Origin: an uncultured delta proteobacterium
Lineage (GTDB): Bacteria > Myxococcota > UBA727 > VGSZ01
Length of the DNA stretch: 64,000 nt
Reading direction: 5' to 3'
Assembly (NCBI GenBank): GCA_963775425.1
Contig: CAVZJB010000005.1
Location: 576,001-640,000 of the forward strand
Under the pieces are notes generated by a model. The model was not told the origin of the DNA and did not search any database. It saw nothing but the letters and a program-made list of their open reading frames with translations. Of the stretch, positions 30,301-39,061 are shown one piece after another. The translations under genes and the position numbers were made by a program. Position 1 is the stretch's first letter, and each line of letters starts with the position of its first letter.

Positions 30301-30751
30301 CGACCCCACCTACGACGTCGCGGGCATCGAGTCGTGGCTGCGCACGGGGCTGCAGGCGTTCACCAACGCGCTGCCGTCGTCGTCGAAGGCCTTGCAGGAT
30401 TGGGTGGAGAAGCTGCTCAAGCAGGGCCACACGCCCACGCAGGTCTACAACTTCGGCGTGTACCAGGCGTCGCAGGGCATGCAGCGCGCGGCCGCGTACC
30501 TCGGCAACCCGCCGCCGCCGGCGCCGCCGGCGCTGCCGTGGGACATCGACGGCCTGGTGTCGTCGTGGCAGGCGGCGTTCGGCGCCACCTGGTCGCCGCA
30601 GGTGGAGACGTTCTTGAAGGACGGCCTCAAGAAGGCGTTCGACACACCCGCCTTCGTCCTCAACAACGTCAGCCGCTACGCCGCGCAGCCCAAGAACCTC
30701 TGCAACATGCTGAGCCAGGCCTCCGGCCTCCCCGTCCCTCCCGGCGTGTGA
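27344..30751 (+). CDS. Large hypothetical protein (1135 aa) with central CYTH-like domain
   Basis: ESELK, DTYMDD..L..IRLRK, RIEV, DRHKF, IELSLD, LEGELD, QKA motifs in CYTH order; no signal peptide. Confidence 0.65.
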   Translation: MPVITNRPNVTPPQNTGAAGATGNVQGTTPASNAAGNGTPQPGQVQSGAGQVINAQRVAVSGLGTLQMTATGTTNRFARDATFDTYSAVGDGKVARGYVKVDAEPIQGGCRVHVESFHGNHNDSVTLWLLAEVLDEKTHQLRTVTLAVLANAANLNGTSFRGNTYYDLSYADINAYLQQMNPNLKVTPGQTQLSVAARWGNGHQAGGFARGGSFRIPPEAKQQNATAVRAAAASRTGTEQADLPLDMEVAYPPQLVQQIPQLKPDGAIVSRLESELKGATTKDAMVRAVREMYRLAEKAKAGDKTDIEAIFGKDWTVETVDRYWLKDDGNSTEGKAGTGFFKGFRVDDHGLPIQDPMHDTYMDDANLSMTRHQGVIRLRKNQQATVVNVKPGGGRRDDKTQITQRIEVGVELKPDANAADASVAMRGLATNAAWSGTVFNQAQREMSQLDPTLQLAQTLVPWLDVTQDRHKFTVKNEKTGVEIELSLDFVKTRTLRPNHANPDGTPRETEFYVLEGELDHLQLQSANRGTYAANGAVNNAVFQTEQQQEQWLKATSTDVTMDIDPRLHELKDLDNASFRSTSSYKQFEQVSEKMLPHLFPKGLDSGRQKAAHAAEIMGLVCFDDRQLLAAAKKAVHEGGYAWSPAVEQAFLAAVQVPATRTRIDLQIASGGSRSVPTFIQQTIGNATPLEYDVAKAKKRVEGRLAELGYASTPEIDKMLEGLDPQKVPPANFESFLQRMQQLQDAQVMQQLAQALGVAPVPVPSPDVKKLVAASLPLMEQHLEAAACDKSSAGEVAAFLEKAAAAGATLFELRTLVQNLSNNPQVRLDQVAQQKNVPGGAPKLKASLDRVMVTVQQSLQRQYLKVDDALTRFMAKAIEGRTPQEALQFAQQLANNAQVLLDNEGKRIGVATPKLVWDMSAVEALLAPTFTNLRVLFDAPMKKLVAECLDAGVPPATLQRAFAQMQNQPLAQALHAGGVYLVGVQVPDPTYDVAGIESWLRTGLQAFTNALPSSSKALQDWVEKLLKQGHTPTQVYNFGVYQASQGMQRAAAYLGNPPPPAPPALPWDIDGLVSSWQAAFGATWSPQVETFLKDGLKKAFDTPAFVLNNVSRYAAQPKNLCNMLSQASGLPVPPGV

Positions 30752-30779
30752 GCGGTGACGACGACGGCGGGGCCGCGGC

Positions 30780-32228
30780 CTACTTCGAGGCGGTCTCGGT
30801 GGTCTCCGGCTCGATGACCGTGACGTCGGCGATCTTCTCCGCCTGAAGCTTCGGCAGCACCGTCTCCTTGTCGCCGGCGACCACGACCACGAGGTCGTCC
30901 TTCACGAGCGCGCTCGCCGCCGCCTTCTTCACCGCGTCGGCGGTCACCGATTGGATCGAGGCAGCGCGCTTGCCGAGCGCATCGAGCGGGAGCTCCTCGG
31001 CGAACAACCGCGCCGCGGCGTTGATGCGCTCTTGCGTGGCGCCGAGCGCGGCGGGCATGCGCCCAAGCAGCGCCTCTTTCGCCTGCGCGACCTCCTCGTC
31101 CTTCACGTCGCTCTTCACCGCGTCGAGCTGCGCGACGAGATCGGCCGCCGTCTCCGACGCCTTGTCCGCCGGCGCCGTCGCGCGCACGAGGAACGGGCCG
31201 GCGCCGAACCGGTCTTCCACGCCGCTGGCCGCGGCGACGCCTGCGGCCGCGTCGGCGGTGCGCCGCGCGAGGATCTCGTCGAGCACGAGGAGCGCGCCCT
31301 CGTCGTCACCGCCGTGCGCGAGCGCCGCCCGCCCCACGCGCATCGCCGCCTGTCGCGCGCCCGGTACGTCGACGAGCGCCAGCGACAACGCCGCGCGCGG
31401 CTTGGGATCGGGCGGCGCCTTGGGCGGGCGCGCGCGGCCGAACCAGCGGCCGAAGTGCTTCTCCGCGGCGTCCTTGGCCTCGTCGAGCGTGACGTCCCCG
31501 CACAGGATGAGCGCGGCGTTCTTGGGCCCCGCGTTCTGCGCCCAGAAGTGCTGCACCTTGAACCGCGTGAGCTTGTCGAGCGTGGCCGCGCTCCCGCCGG
31601 CGGCGTGGCCGTAGGCGTGATCGGCCCCGTAGATGAGGCTCCAGGCGGCGGCGTCGGCGGCGCCGTCCACGTCGCCCGCGCCGGCGACGCGGGCGGTGAG
31701 CTGCTCGTCCTTCAACCGCTCGAGCGCGGCGTCCTCGAACGTGGGCTTGCGCAGCACCGTCTCCAGCAGCTCGAGCCCCTTGTCGAGCTCCTCCTTCGGC
31801 AGCTCGGTGCGCACCAGGCCGTAGTCCGCGTCGACGTGCGTGACGAGGTCAGCGCCGAGCGCCTCGAACGCGTTTTCGAGCTGAAGGCCCGTCATGCTCC
31901 CGGCGCCTTCGTCGAGGAGCGACCACGTGAGCGCCGCGAGCCCCGCGTCGCGTGGCGCGTCGGCCGCGCTGCCCGCGCGCACCACCATGGCCGCGCCCAC
32001 GGTGGGCAGCGCGTGGTCCTCGACGACGATCACGGTGAGGCCGTTTTTGAGCGTGACCTCGGTGAACGCCGGCAAGACCACGTTCGCCGCGGGCGTCGCC
32101 GGCGGCATGGTGGCGCGCCAGGGCTCGTCGGGCGGGGTGCGACGTCCGTCGACCTTGGTGTTCTTCGACGTCGTCGCGCACGACGCCACGAGGGCCACGG
32201 TGACGAACGCGAGCGCGGCGCGGGTCAC
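30780..32228 (-). CDS. M16 (pitrilysin) family peptidase-like lipoprotein, non-catalytic subunit
   Basis: Lipobox VASC; TLKNGLTVIVVEDHALP, GLAALTWSLLDEGAG, HAYG; no HxxEH. Confidence 0.85.
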   Translation of the reverse strand: MTRAALAFVTVALVASCATTSKNTKVDGRRTPPDEPWRATMPPATPAANVVLPAFTEVTLKNGLTVIVVEDHALPTVGAAMVVRAGSAADAPRDAGLAALTWSLLDEGAGSMTGLQLENAFEALGADLVTHVDADYGLVRTELPKEELDKGLELLETVLRKPTFEDAALERLKDEQLTARVAGAGDVDGAADAAAWSLIYGADHAYGHAAGGSAATLDKLTRFKVQHFWAQNAGPKNAALILCGDVTLDEAKDAAEKHFGRWFGRARPPKAPPDPKPRAALSLALVDVPGARQAAMRVGRAALAHGGDDEGALLVLDEILARRTADAAAGVAAASGVEDRFGAGPFLVRATAPADKASETAADLVAQLDAVKSDVKDEEVAQAKEALLGRMPAALGATQERINAAARLFAEELPLDALGKRAASIQSVTADAVKKAAASALVKDDLVVVVAGDKETVLPKLQAEKIADVTVIEPETTETASK

Positions 32229-33709
32229 GGCGCACCTCCTGCGGTCTTGGCCGCTGCATCGGCCGGCGCCGGCGGCGGCGCGCCGCTTTGGCTCATGCCC
32301 TTGGGTTTCATCACGAGCACGAGGCGCTGGTCCTTTCCGAGGTACCTGGCGAGCGCGGCCGAGACGCTCTCGGGCGTGACGGCGTGGAAGCGCTGCATGT
32401 CGGTGTCGAAGCCGGCGTCGCCGGCGAGGGCGTAGCCCTGCATGCGGGCGGCGCGCGCGAGGGGATCTTCGAGGGAGCGCGTGGCCTCGCCCTCGAGACC
32501 GGCGACGACGCGCACGAGCTCCTCGGGCGTGGGCGGCAGGTCCACCAGGAGCTCGAGCTGCGACTGCATCGCGTCGAGGACGGTGGCCGCGTCGACGCCG
32601 GGGTGGACCGTGGCCGACAGCGTGAGGACGGACGCGTTCTTGGCGCGCGCGAGGTGGACGGCGACGCCCGCGGCGAGCTGGCTGTCGACCATCAACCCGC
32701 GGTGCAGCCGCGAGCTCTTGCCGTCACCGAGGAGGTGAGCGAGCACGGTGATGTCGGCGTCGCCGGGCTGAAAGCGCGCCGGCACCACATACGACACCTC
32801 CACGCGCGACAGCGGCGCGAGCGCGTCAAAGACGTCGATGCGCGTCTCCTTGGCGATCACGGGGCCCGCCGCCGCCGGCGCCGCCGGCTTCGAGGAGCGC
32901 GGCAAGGTCTTGAAGTATTTCTCGACGAGGCTCTTGGCGGCGGCGGCGTCGACGTCGCCGGTGACCGCGACGGTCGCGTTCTGGGGCGCGTAGGCGCTGT
33001 CGTAGCGCGTGCGAACATCCTCGAGCGAGAGCCGGTCGAGGTCGCCGATGCCGGCGCCGGGGTAGAGCGCCTGTTGCACCGCGGCGTGGCCGCCGGCCCA
33101 GGCGCGCGCGTCGGGGCTCGCCTCGGCCTCGAGCACGGCGCGCTCGGCGTTGAGCTTCTTGTCGTCGAGCGTGTCCATCAAAAAGCCCATGCGATCCGCC
33201 TCGAGCCAGAGCGCGCGCTCGAGGGCGCCCGGGGGCACGCACTCGTAGTAGCGCGTGTGATCGAGGGCGGTCTCGCTGCCCACGGCGGTGGCGCCGGCGG
33301 CTTCGAGGAGCTTTCGGTGATCGCCCGCGGCGACGTGCGCGGAGCCGTCGAACATCAGGCGCTCGAGGAGTCGCGCGAGGCCCGCCTTCCCTGGGGCGTC
33401 CTCGAGAGAGCCGCTGCGGTACCACACGCTCACGCACGCGACCGGGACGCGCTTGTCGGCGTGGACGAGGACGGTGAGGCCGTTGTCGAGCGCGCTCCTG
33501 TCCACGGCGAGCGCGCCGGTCTTGGCCCCATCGGCGGGCTTGGCCCCATCGGCGGGCTTGGCGGCGGGCTTGGCGTCGGCGGGGGCCGCCTCCGCCGGGG
33601 GCGGCGCTTCCTCCGCCGCGGCGGACGAGGGCCCGAAGGCGAAGGCGAGGCCGGCGGCGAGGAGCCCGGCGCCGCAGGGGAGGGCGGGGCGTGTTCGCGA
33701 TCCAGACAT
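32225..33709 (-). CDS. M16 family peptidase-like protein with degenerate zinc motif (RxxER)
   Basis: LDNGLTVLVH, WYRSGS, GKAGLARLLERLMFDGS, LWLEADRM, YAPQNA, GKSSRL. Confidence 0.85.
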   Translation of the reverse strand: MSGSRTRPALPCGAGLLAAGLAFAFGPSSAAAEEAPPPAEAAPADAKPAAKPADGAKPADGAKTGALAVDRSALDNGLTVLVHADKRVPVACVSVWYRSGSLEDAPGKAGLARLLERLMFDGSAHVAAGDHRKLLEAAGATAVGSETALDHTRYYECVPPGALERALWLEADRMGFLMDTLDDKKLNAERAVLEAEASPDARAWAGGHAAVQQALYPGAGIGDLDRLSLEDVRTRYDSAYAPQNATVAVTGDVDAAAAKSLVEKYFKTLPRSSKPAAPAAAGPVIAKETRIDVFDALAPLSRVEVSYVVPARFQPGDADITVLAHLLGDGKSSRLHRGLMVDSQLAAGVAVHLARAKNASVLTLSATVHPGVDAATVLDAMQSQLELLVDLPPTPEELVRVVAGLEGEATRSLEDPLARAARMQGYALAGDAGFDTDMQRFHAVTPESVSAALARYLGKDQRLVLVMKPKGMSQSGAPPPAPADAAAKTAGGAP

Positions 33710-33851
33710 GGCGTGCATGTTCGGGGAGATGGCGGGACAATTGCCAGCCGCGGCGTGGCTCCGGCGTCGGCGCGGCCTCGCGCGGAGAAGCGCTTGACGC
33801 CGCCTCCGCTATCACGGAAGGTGCAGAGAGCTTGTTGGAGGCCTCGCTGCG

Positions 33852-34469
33852 ATGGCGACGATGGCGAAACAGGACGGCGCTCCGGACACAGAGGAGGGCA
33901 CGACCGACCTCGCGCCGGTGGTCGGCCAGAACCTCCGCCGGCTGCGCGGCGAGCGGAAGCTCTCGCTCGAGGGCCTCGCCAAAATCTCGGGCGTGTCGCG
34001 CGCGATGCTCGGCCAGATCGAGCTCGGCCACTCGGCCCCCACCATCAACGTCCTCTGGAAGATCGCGCGCGCGCTCGACCTGCCGTTCTCGGCGCTCATC
34101 AGCGCACCCAAGCACGTCGGCGGCACCCGGGTCCTCCACGCCACGCGCACCAAGCGGCTGATGTCGCACGACGGCAGCTTCTCCTCGCGCGCGCTCTTTC
34201 CGATCGACGAGCCGCGCCGCGTGGAGCTCTACGAGCTCATCTTGAAGAAGGGCGGCGTGGAAGAGGCCGACGCGCACCCGGCGGGCACCCGCGAGAACCT
34301 GGTGGTGGCGCACGGCGACGTCGAGATCGTCGTCGGCGGCGAGTCGCACCGGTTGACGACGGGCGACGCCATCCTGTTCGAAGCCGACAGCCCGCACAGC
34401 TACAACAACGTCGGCGACGTCGACGCCACCATGTACCTCGTGATGACGTACGCCGAGCAAGTCGGTTGA
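33852..34469 (+). CDS. XRE-family transcriptional regulator with cupin domain (SutR-like)
   Basis: NLRRLRGERKLSLEGLAKISGVSRAMLGQIE..PTINVLWKIA; cupin H..GTRE, GDAILFEADSPHSY. Confidence 0.92.
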   Translation: MATMAKQDGAPDTEEGTTDLAPVVGQNLRRLRGERKLSLEGLAKISGVSRAMLGQIELGHSAPTINVLWKIARALDLPFSALISAPKHVGGTRVLHATRTKRLMSHDGSFSSRALFPIDEPRRVELYELILKKGGVEEADAHPAGTRENLVVAHGDVEIVVGGESHRLTTGDAILFEADSPHSYNNVGDVDATMYLVMTYAEQVG

Positions 34470-34517
34470 GGTGAGCGCCGGACGCGCCGGCGCCCACGCA
34501 TCATCGGCGGGGAGCGT

Positions 34518-35243
34518 TCAGCCGCGCCGCGCCTTGCCGGCGCGCCACACGCGCGCCGGCTTCTTCGTCGTCACGCGCTTGCCGGGCGCCGGCACCACCA
34601 CGCCGTCGTCGACGAGCTTCAGGAAGCGGCGGCGGAAGTTCCCCGGATCGAGCGCGCGGCCGTGCAGCGCCTCGTGCACCGCGCGCAGCTCGGCGATGGT
34701 GAAGGTCTGCGGCGCGAGGTGCAGCGCGAGCGGTCCGCGGTCGACGTCCCGGCGCATGCGAGCGAGCGCGGCGTCGACGATGGCGGCGTGGTCGAAGGCG
34801 AGCGGCGGCAGCGCCGCCGCGGGGAACCACCCTGCCGCGGCGGCGTCGGAGCCCGCCTTCACGAAGCCCGCGAGCTCGGGGCGCACGAGCGCGAAGTACG
34901 CCACGGTGATCACGCGCCCGCGCGGATCGCGGCCCGGCGTCCCGAACGCGCCGAGCTGCTCGAGCAGCACCTGCGCCCGCGACAAGCCCGTCTCCTCGAC
35001 GAGCTCGCGCGCCGCCGCGTCGTCGAGCGGCTCCCCGCCCTTGCCGCCGGCGCCCACCTGCAGGAACCCGCCGGGCAAAGCGTGCGTGCCCGCGAAGGGG
35101 GGACCGCCGCGCACGACGAGCAGAACGTGCAGCGCCCCGTCGATGAGCGTGAACACGACGATGTCGGCGGTGACGGACGCGCGCGGATGGTGCGCCAGGA
35201 ACTCCGCGTCGGCGGCGCGGCGGCTCGACGCGCGCTCAGCCAC
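34518..35243 (-). CDS. nrtR: NrtR-like NUDIX/winged-helix transcriptional regulator
   Basis: VTADIVVF, ALPGGF, E..DDAAARELVEETGL Nudix box, LEQLGAFG..GRDPR, LAFDH, FTIAEL..LDPGNFRRR DNA-binding domain; alternative start at 35270. Confidence 0.85.
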   Translation of the reverse strand: MAERASSRRAADAEFLAHHPRASVTADIVVFTLIDGALHVLLVVRGGPPFAGTHALPGGFLQVGAGGKGGEPLDDAAARELVEETGLSRAQVLLEQLGAFGTPGRDPRGRVITVAYFALVRPELAGFVKAGSDAAAAGWFPAAALPPLAFDHAAIVDAALARMRRDVDRGPLALHLAPQTFTIAELRAVHEALHGRALDPGNFRRRFLKLVDDGVVVPAPGKRVTTKKPARVWRAGKARRG

Positions 35244-35348
35244 GGCGCGCCAGCTCCTCGAGCGGCCCATGCCGGTACACGTTCCACGGCGGCGACGTCA
35301 CGCGCCGACGCTACACCGGCCGCAAGGCGGCGCGCGCGTTCGGCTGTG

Positions 35349-36170
35349 TCACGGTGCGAAGAAGCCGGCGCCGGCGCCGGGGGCGACGCGGCCCTGGCTC
35401 GCGCGAACGGCGCTCTGCGACACCATCTGGAACGCGCCGCGCAGCCCCGCCGGCGTCGCGTCCTTCTGGACGAGCACGCAGCCGTCGGGGAACCCCATGT
35501 TCGCGGCGACCGTCTTGAAGTCGTCGTCGCCCACGCCGACGAAAGCGAGGATGAACTGCTCGCTCTTCAAGAGGTCGGCCGCGAGCTTCCGGCACGCGCG
35601 CGCCGAGCGGCGGCTCCCGACGTCCTGTCCGTCCGTGACGACGACCACGATGCTGCGCGTGGGTGTCCCCGCGTCGCGCAGCCGTTGCGCGTAGGCGACG
35701 TTGGCGGCGCAGGCGTCGATGAACGTGTCGTACAGGTGCGTGGTGCCGCCCGAGCGGTACGTGGCCCCGGGCTGCAAGCGCACCGCGTCGTCGACGGGGA
35801 CGTAGCCGTGCACGACGTCGGCGTGGCTCTGGAAGGTCCACAGCGCCACCAGCACCGCGTCCTTCTCCTTGGAGCCCGCGAAGGCGTCGAGCAACGCGCG
35901 CTCGCCGTCGCAGACCGCCTGCTCGAGGCCTCGTCCCCCGATGGAAGACGAGGCGTCGAGCACCAGGGTGATGAGCGTGACGTCGCTCGCCTGGATGTCG
36001 TCGGCGGCCATGCCTGCGGCGCCGGCGATGACGAGCGCGCCGAGGTCGCCGGACAAGAGCGTCGCCGACTGCGCCGACAGCGTGCCCGTCTGCTGCGCGC
36101 GCGAGAAGAGCGCGGCGACGTCGAGGGCGTTGCGGTTTTTATTGTTGCCGTTGTTGTTTCCGTGGGTCAC
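35349..36170 (-). CDS. von Willebrand factor A (vWA, TerY-like) domain protein
   Basis: LVLDASSSI (DxSxS MIDAS), GGTTHLYD, VVVVTDGQD, FVGVG; GTGA overlap with the nicotinamidase stop. Confidence 0.82.
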   Translation of the reverse strand: MTHGNNNGNNKNRNALDVAALFSRAQQTGTLSAQSATLLSGDLGALVIAGAAGMAADDIQASDVTLITLVLDASSSIGGRGLEQAVCDGERALLDAFAGSKEKDAVLVALWTFQSHADVVHGYVPVDDAVRLQPGATYRSGGTTHLYDTFIDACAANVAYAQRLRDAGTPTRSIVVVVTDGQDVGSRRSARACRKLAADLLKSEQFILAFVGVGDDDFKTVAANMGFPDGCVLVQKDATPAGLRGAFQMVSQSAVRASQGRVAPGAGAGFFAP

Positions 36171-37109
36171 GGGAGCACCTCCGTGGAGCGAACGATGTGC
36201 ATGCCGGCGCGCTTGAAGCCCTCCATGGCCTCGGCGGCGATGCGCGGGAAGTCGAGCGAGGGCGGCAGCGGGTCGAGCGGCGGCGGCGGCACCGGGCTCA
36301 TGCAGTCCTCGAGGATCCAGAATCTTGTCGAGGAGCGCAGGGTCGCACTGCGCCTCCATGTCCTTGAGCGTCGCGAGCACGCAGTGGCTCTTGGCCTGGC
36401 CGAACACATAGACCTTGTCGTAGTCCATGAGCAGCTTGAAGAACGGCGCGTTGAAGGCGCCGACGCTCTTGTGTCCGAGCTCCTTCACCTCGGGCGACAA
36501 CACCGAGTAGTTCTCGGTCATCGCGTGCGTGCCCTTGGTCTCGAAGTGCGTCTGGGCCTTGCGCGCCACCGCGTGGAAGATCGCCGCCTCCATCAGCGAC
36601 GGCACCAACGCGTGCGAGAGCCCGCCGAGGAGGGTGTGGAAGGGCCACACGGTGAGCACGTACTTGCCGGTCTCCTCGAGCCTCTTGGTGTACTCGAGGC
36701 ACTCGCGCGGGTGCGCCAGCGGCGTCCAGCGCCCGGCGCGCACGTCCTCGTGGAAGATGGGCGTGAACGGCGCGGGGTGGTTGCCCTTGTCGTCGGTCCA
36801 CCACGCGGGGTGGAAGATCTGGAACACGCGGTGCGTGTCGAGCGAGAAGTGCAGCGCGGTGATGCGCTCCATGTTGCGGTAGAGCCAGTCGAGCGTGCGC
36901 CGCATGTCGTCGACGGCGCCGGGGACGAAGAGGGACGCGCCGGGGGTGCAAAAGCCTACCTGGCAGTCGATCCCGAAGGCGGCGATTCGCTCCTTGTCGG
37001 CGGAGGCGGGCGCGAGGTCCGCCGTTCGCGCCGCGTCGGCGACCTCGGCGGCGCGTTCGATCCAGAGCTCGCCGATGCGTTTGTCGTCGTGGAATGCCGG
37101 TGTCCTCAT
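36167..37109 (-). CDS. Nicotinamidase-like cysteine hydrolase (isochorismatase superfamily), with a +1 frameshift at about 36321
   Basis: AGGAGG RBS; IDCQVGFC, LFVPGA, SLDTH, VWPFH, TKG, NYS, GQAKSHCV; deleting one base restores DKIWILEDCMSPV, read through to the stop at 36167. Confidence 0.85.
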
Positions 37110-37123
37110 GGTGTCCTCCTCGT

Positions 37124-39061
37124 TCAAGGCCGCAAACGCAGCCGGGTGATGACCCTGCGGGCGACGACAAGGAGGGAGCCGCCCGCACCGGGCAGGAGCT
37201 CCACGCTGTCGTCGACGAAGGGCCGGGTGTCCGAAAACGTCGTCCCCGTGATCAGGCGGTCGCCGTCCACCTCGACCGCGCACACGCCCTCGTTGGATGC
37301 CGACAAAATCTTGCCGCCGGCGATGCACTTGCCGCGGATGCTCGCGAGGATGGGCGCGCTCTCGGGTGCCCCCGACGCCGCCGCGACGAGGTGGCCGCTC
37401 CCATCGACGAGCGACAGCGTGTGCATGCGCCTGCCGTCGACGTCCTCGGCGATGCCCACGAGGCACCATGCCGGCGACGGGCGCGCGCCCGCCTCGCTCC
37501 GTGCGAAGACGGCCTCGACGTCGACGACCTTTCCCCGCGGCTGCGGGAGCGTCACGTCGAAGAAGCGGTCGCGGGCGAAGCCGAACGCCATCAGCGCGCG
37601 CCCGGCGCGATACAGGCCGAGGCCGCCGTCGTCCGCCGACAGGAGCGCGGTCTTTCCGGCGAGCACGCGGCCGACGCGCGTCCGCGTCTCGTGGTGCACG
37701 AGCGCGTCGCCCTCCACGACGAACAGCCCGCCGCGTCCCGCGGCGAACGCGTCGCCGCTCGTGTGCGCCCGATCGACGACGGCGCCGCCGCGCACCTTCA
37801 CCAAAGCGCCGTCGAGCCCGATCCACGTCTCTTCGCCCGCGATCACGAAGCGCATCCCCGCCGGCCGCTCCCCCGTGAGCACCGTGGCGTCCGTCGTGGG
37901 ACGCGCCCCCGCGGTGGGGCGCCCGAGCTTCGTCATCGCCCGCGCCTCCCGGCGCACCCCGCCGTCCTCCTCGATCAGGTACGCCACGTCGCCGCCGTCG
38001 TTGCCGCGCACGGCGCGCGCGAGCAGCACGAGGCCGCGGGCCTCCACCACGACCTCCTCGACGACGCCGCCGCGGGTCTTCACCACCGGCGCCGGCACCG
38101 CGGTCCTGCACGCGGGGCACGCGGCGCGGGCGTGCTCCAGGCCGCATGACGCGCAGGCGCGAAAGCGCAGCCGATCGAGCGCCGTCGACGACGACAACGG
38201 CGCGCGCTCACCTTTGTCGAAGCAGCGCGCGAAGTCGTCGAGCATCTCGTCGCTGAGCGTCTCGAGCGGGAGCGCCGCGCGCGGCAGTTGCACGTCGCCG
38301 CGCAGCACGCTCCACGAGGCCTCCGCGCGCCGCAGGAGCGTCGGCAGCTTCGCGTGCACGCCGCCGTACGGGTGGATGCACAGGAGCGACTGAAAGAGGA
38401 GCGCGCGCAGCGCGAAGGCGTCGCTGCCGGCGTCGAAGCAGGGAGCGTCGACGAGGCTGCGCCCGTAGAGCCGCGGGTCGAGGAAGCGCTCGTGGGCCAC
38501 CGGGCAGGGCAGCGCGCCGACCTGCATGGAGTCCGCGTCGATGAGGAACGGGGCCGGCGCGCCCGCGGCGCCGGGCGCGAGCACCACGTTGCCGTCGTTG
38601 AGGTCGCCGACCACCACGCCTGTCGCGTGGAGCGCGTCGAGGGCCGCCGCGAGGGCGCGAAAGATCGACACGACGTCGCCCGCGCGCTCGCTGCGGCCCT
38701 TGCGCGCGAGCCGCGCGATGTCGGCGGCGTCGCGGACGCGTCGCATGGCGTAGCCGGCCACGCCGCCGCGCTCGTCGAGGATGAGCTCCTCGGGCGTGAT
38801 GACGAGCGCGGGCAGGCCGGTGGGGAACGCGCGCAGCTTCTGCTCGCGCAGCCGGGCGATCTTCTGCGCGAGCGCGGCGGAGGACGACGCCGGCGCGGCG
38901 CTCGTCGTCGTCGCGAGCGCATCGTGGAAGATCTTCAGGGCGAGCTCGAGCGTCGGGTGCGCATACACCCGCGCCTCGCCGCCCTGGCCGAGGAGCAGCG
39001 TGTCGTCGAGGACGAGCGGCGCGCCGCGAAACGTCAAGCGCGCTGCGGGGGTGGTCTTCAT
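37124..39061 (-). CDS. Atypical Ser/Thr kinase (YegI/TerY-P type) with Zn-ribbon and beta-rich C-terminal domain
   Basis: LGQGGEARVY, ALKIF, LH..GVVVGDLNDGNV, LIDADS, SDAFAL..LFQSL..IHPYGG; CASC..CPAC; ATGA overlap with the PP2C stop. Confidence 0.82.
   Translation of the reverse strand: MKTTPAARLTFRGAPLVLDDTLLLGQGGEARVYAHPTLELALKIFHDALATTTSAAPASSSAALAQKIARLREQKLRAFPTGLPALVITPEELILDERGGVAGYAMRRVRDAADIARLARKGRSERAGDVVSIFRALAAALDALHATGVVVGDLNDGNVVLAPGAAGAPAPFLIDADSMQVGALPCPVAHERFLDPRLYGRSLVDAPCFDAGSDAFALRALLFQSLLCIHPYGGVHAKLPTLLRRAEASWSVLRGDVQLPRAALPLETLSDEMLDDFARCFDKGERAPLSSSTALDRLRFRACASCGLEHARAACPACRTAVPAPVVKTRGGVVEEVVVEARGLVLLARAVRGNDGGDVAYLIEEDGGVRREARAMTKLGRPTAGARPTTDATVLTGERPAGMRFVIAGEETWIGLDGALVKVRGGAVVDRAHTSGDAFAAGRGGLFVVEGDALVHHETRTRVGRVLAGKTALLSADDGGLGLYRAGRALMAFGFARDRFFDVTLPQPRGKVVDVEAVFARSEAGARPSPAWCLVGIAEDVDGRRMHTLSLVDGSGHLVAAASGAPESAPILASIRGKCIAGGKILSASNEGVCAVEVDGDRLITGTTFSDTRPFVDDSVELLPGAGGSLLVVARRVITRLRLRP

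Noticed and set aside
33521-33570. 18-bp tandem duplication (KPADGA x2), and the KKPADD-type repeats at about 52615-52690
   Set aside because: Ordinary low-complexity linkers after signal peptides; no sign of regulatory or mobile function.
33852-34469. XRE-cupin regulator as part of the NrtR operon system
   Set aside because: Opposite strand and convergent; a common standalone regulator with no sequence evidence of linkage.
35349-38147. 932-aa ORF suggesting a nicotinamidase-vWA fusion
   Set aside because: The 5' third is an off-frame shadow of the kinase. The join arises from the +1 frameshift at ~36321; the repaired nicotinamidase stops at 36167, overlapping the vWA GTG.
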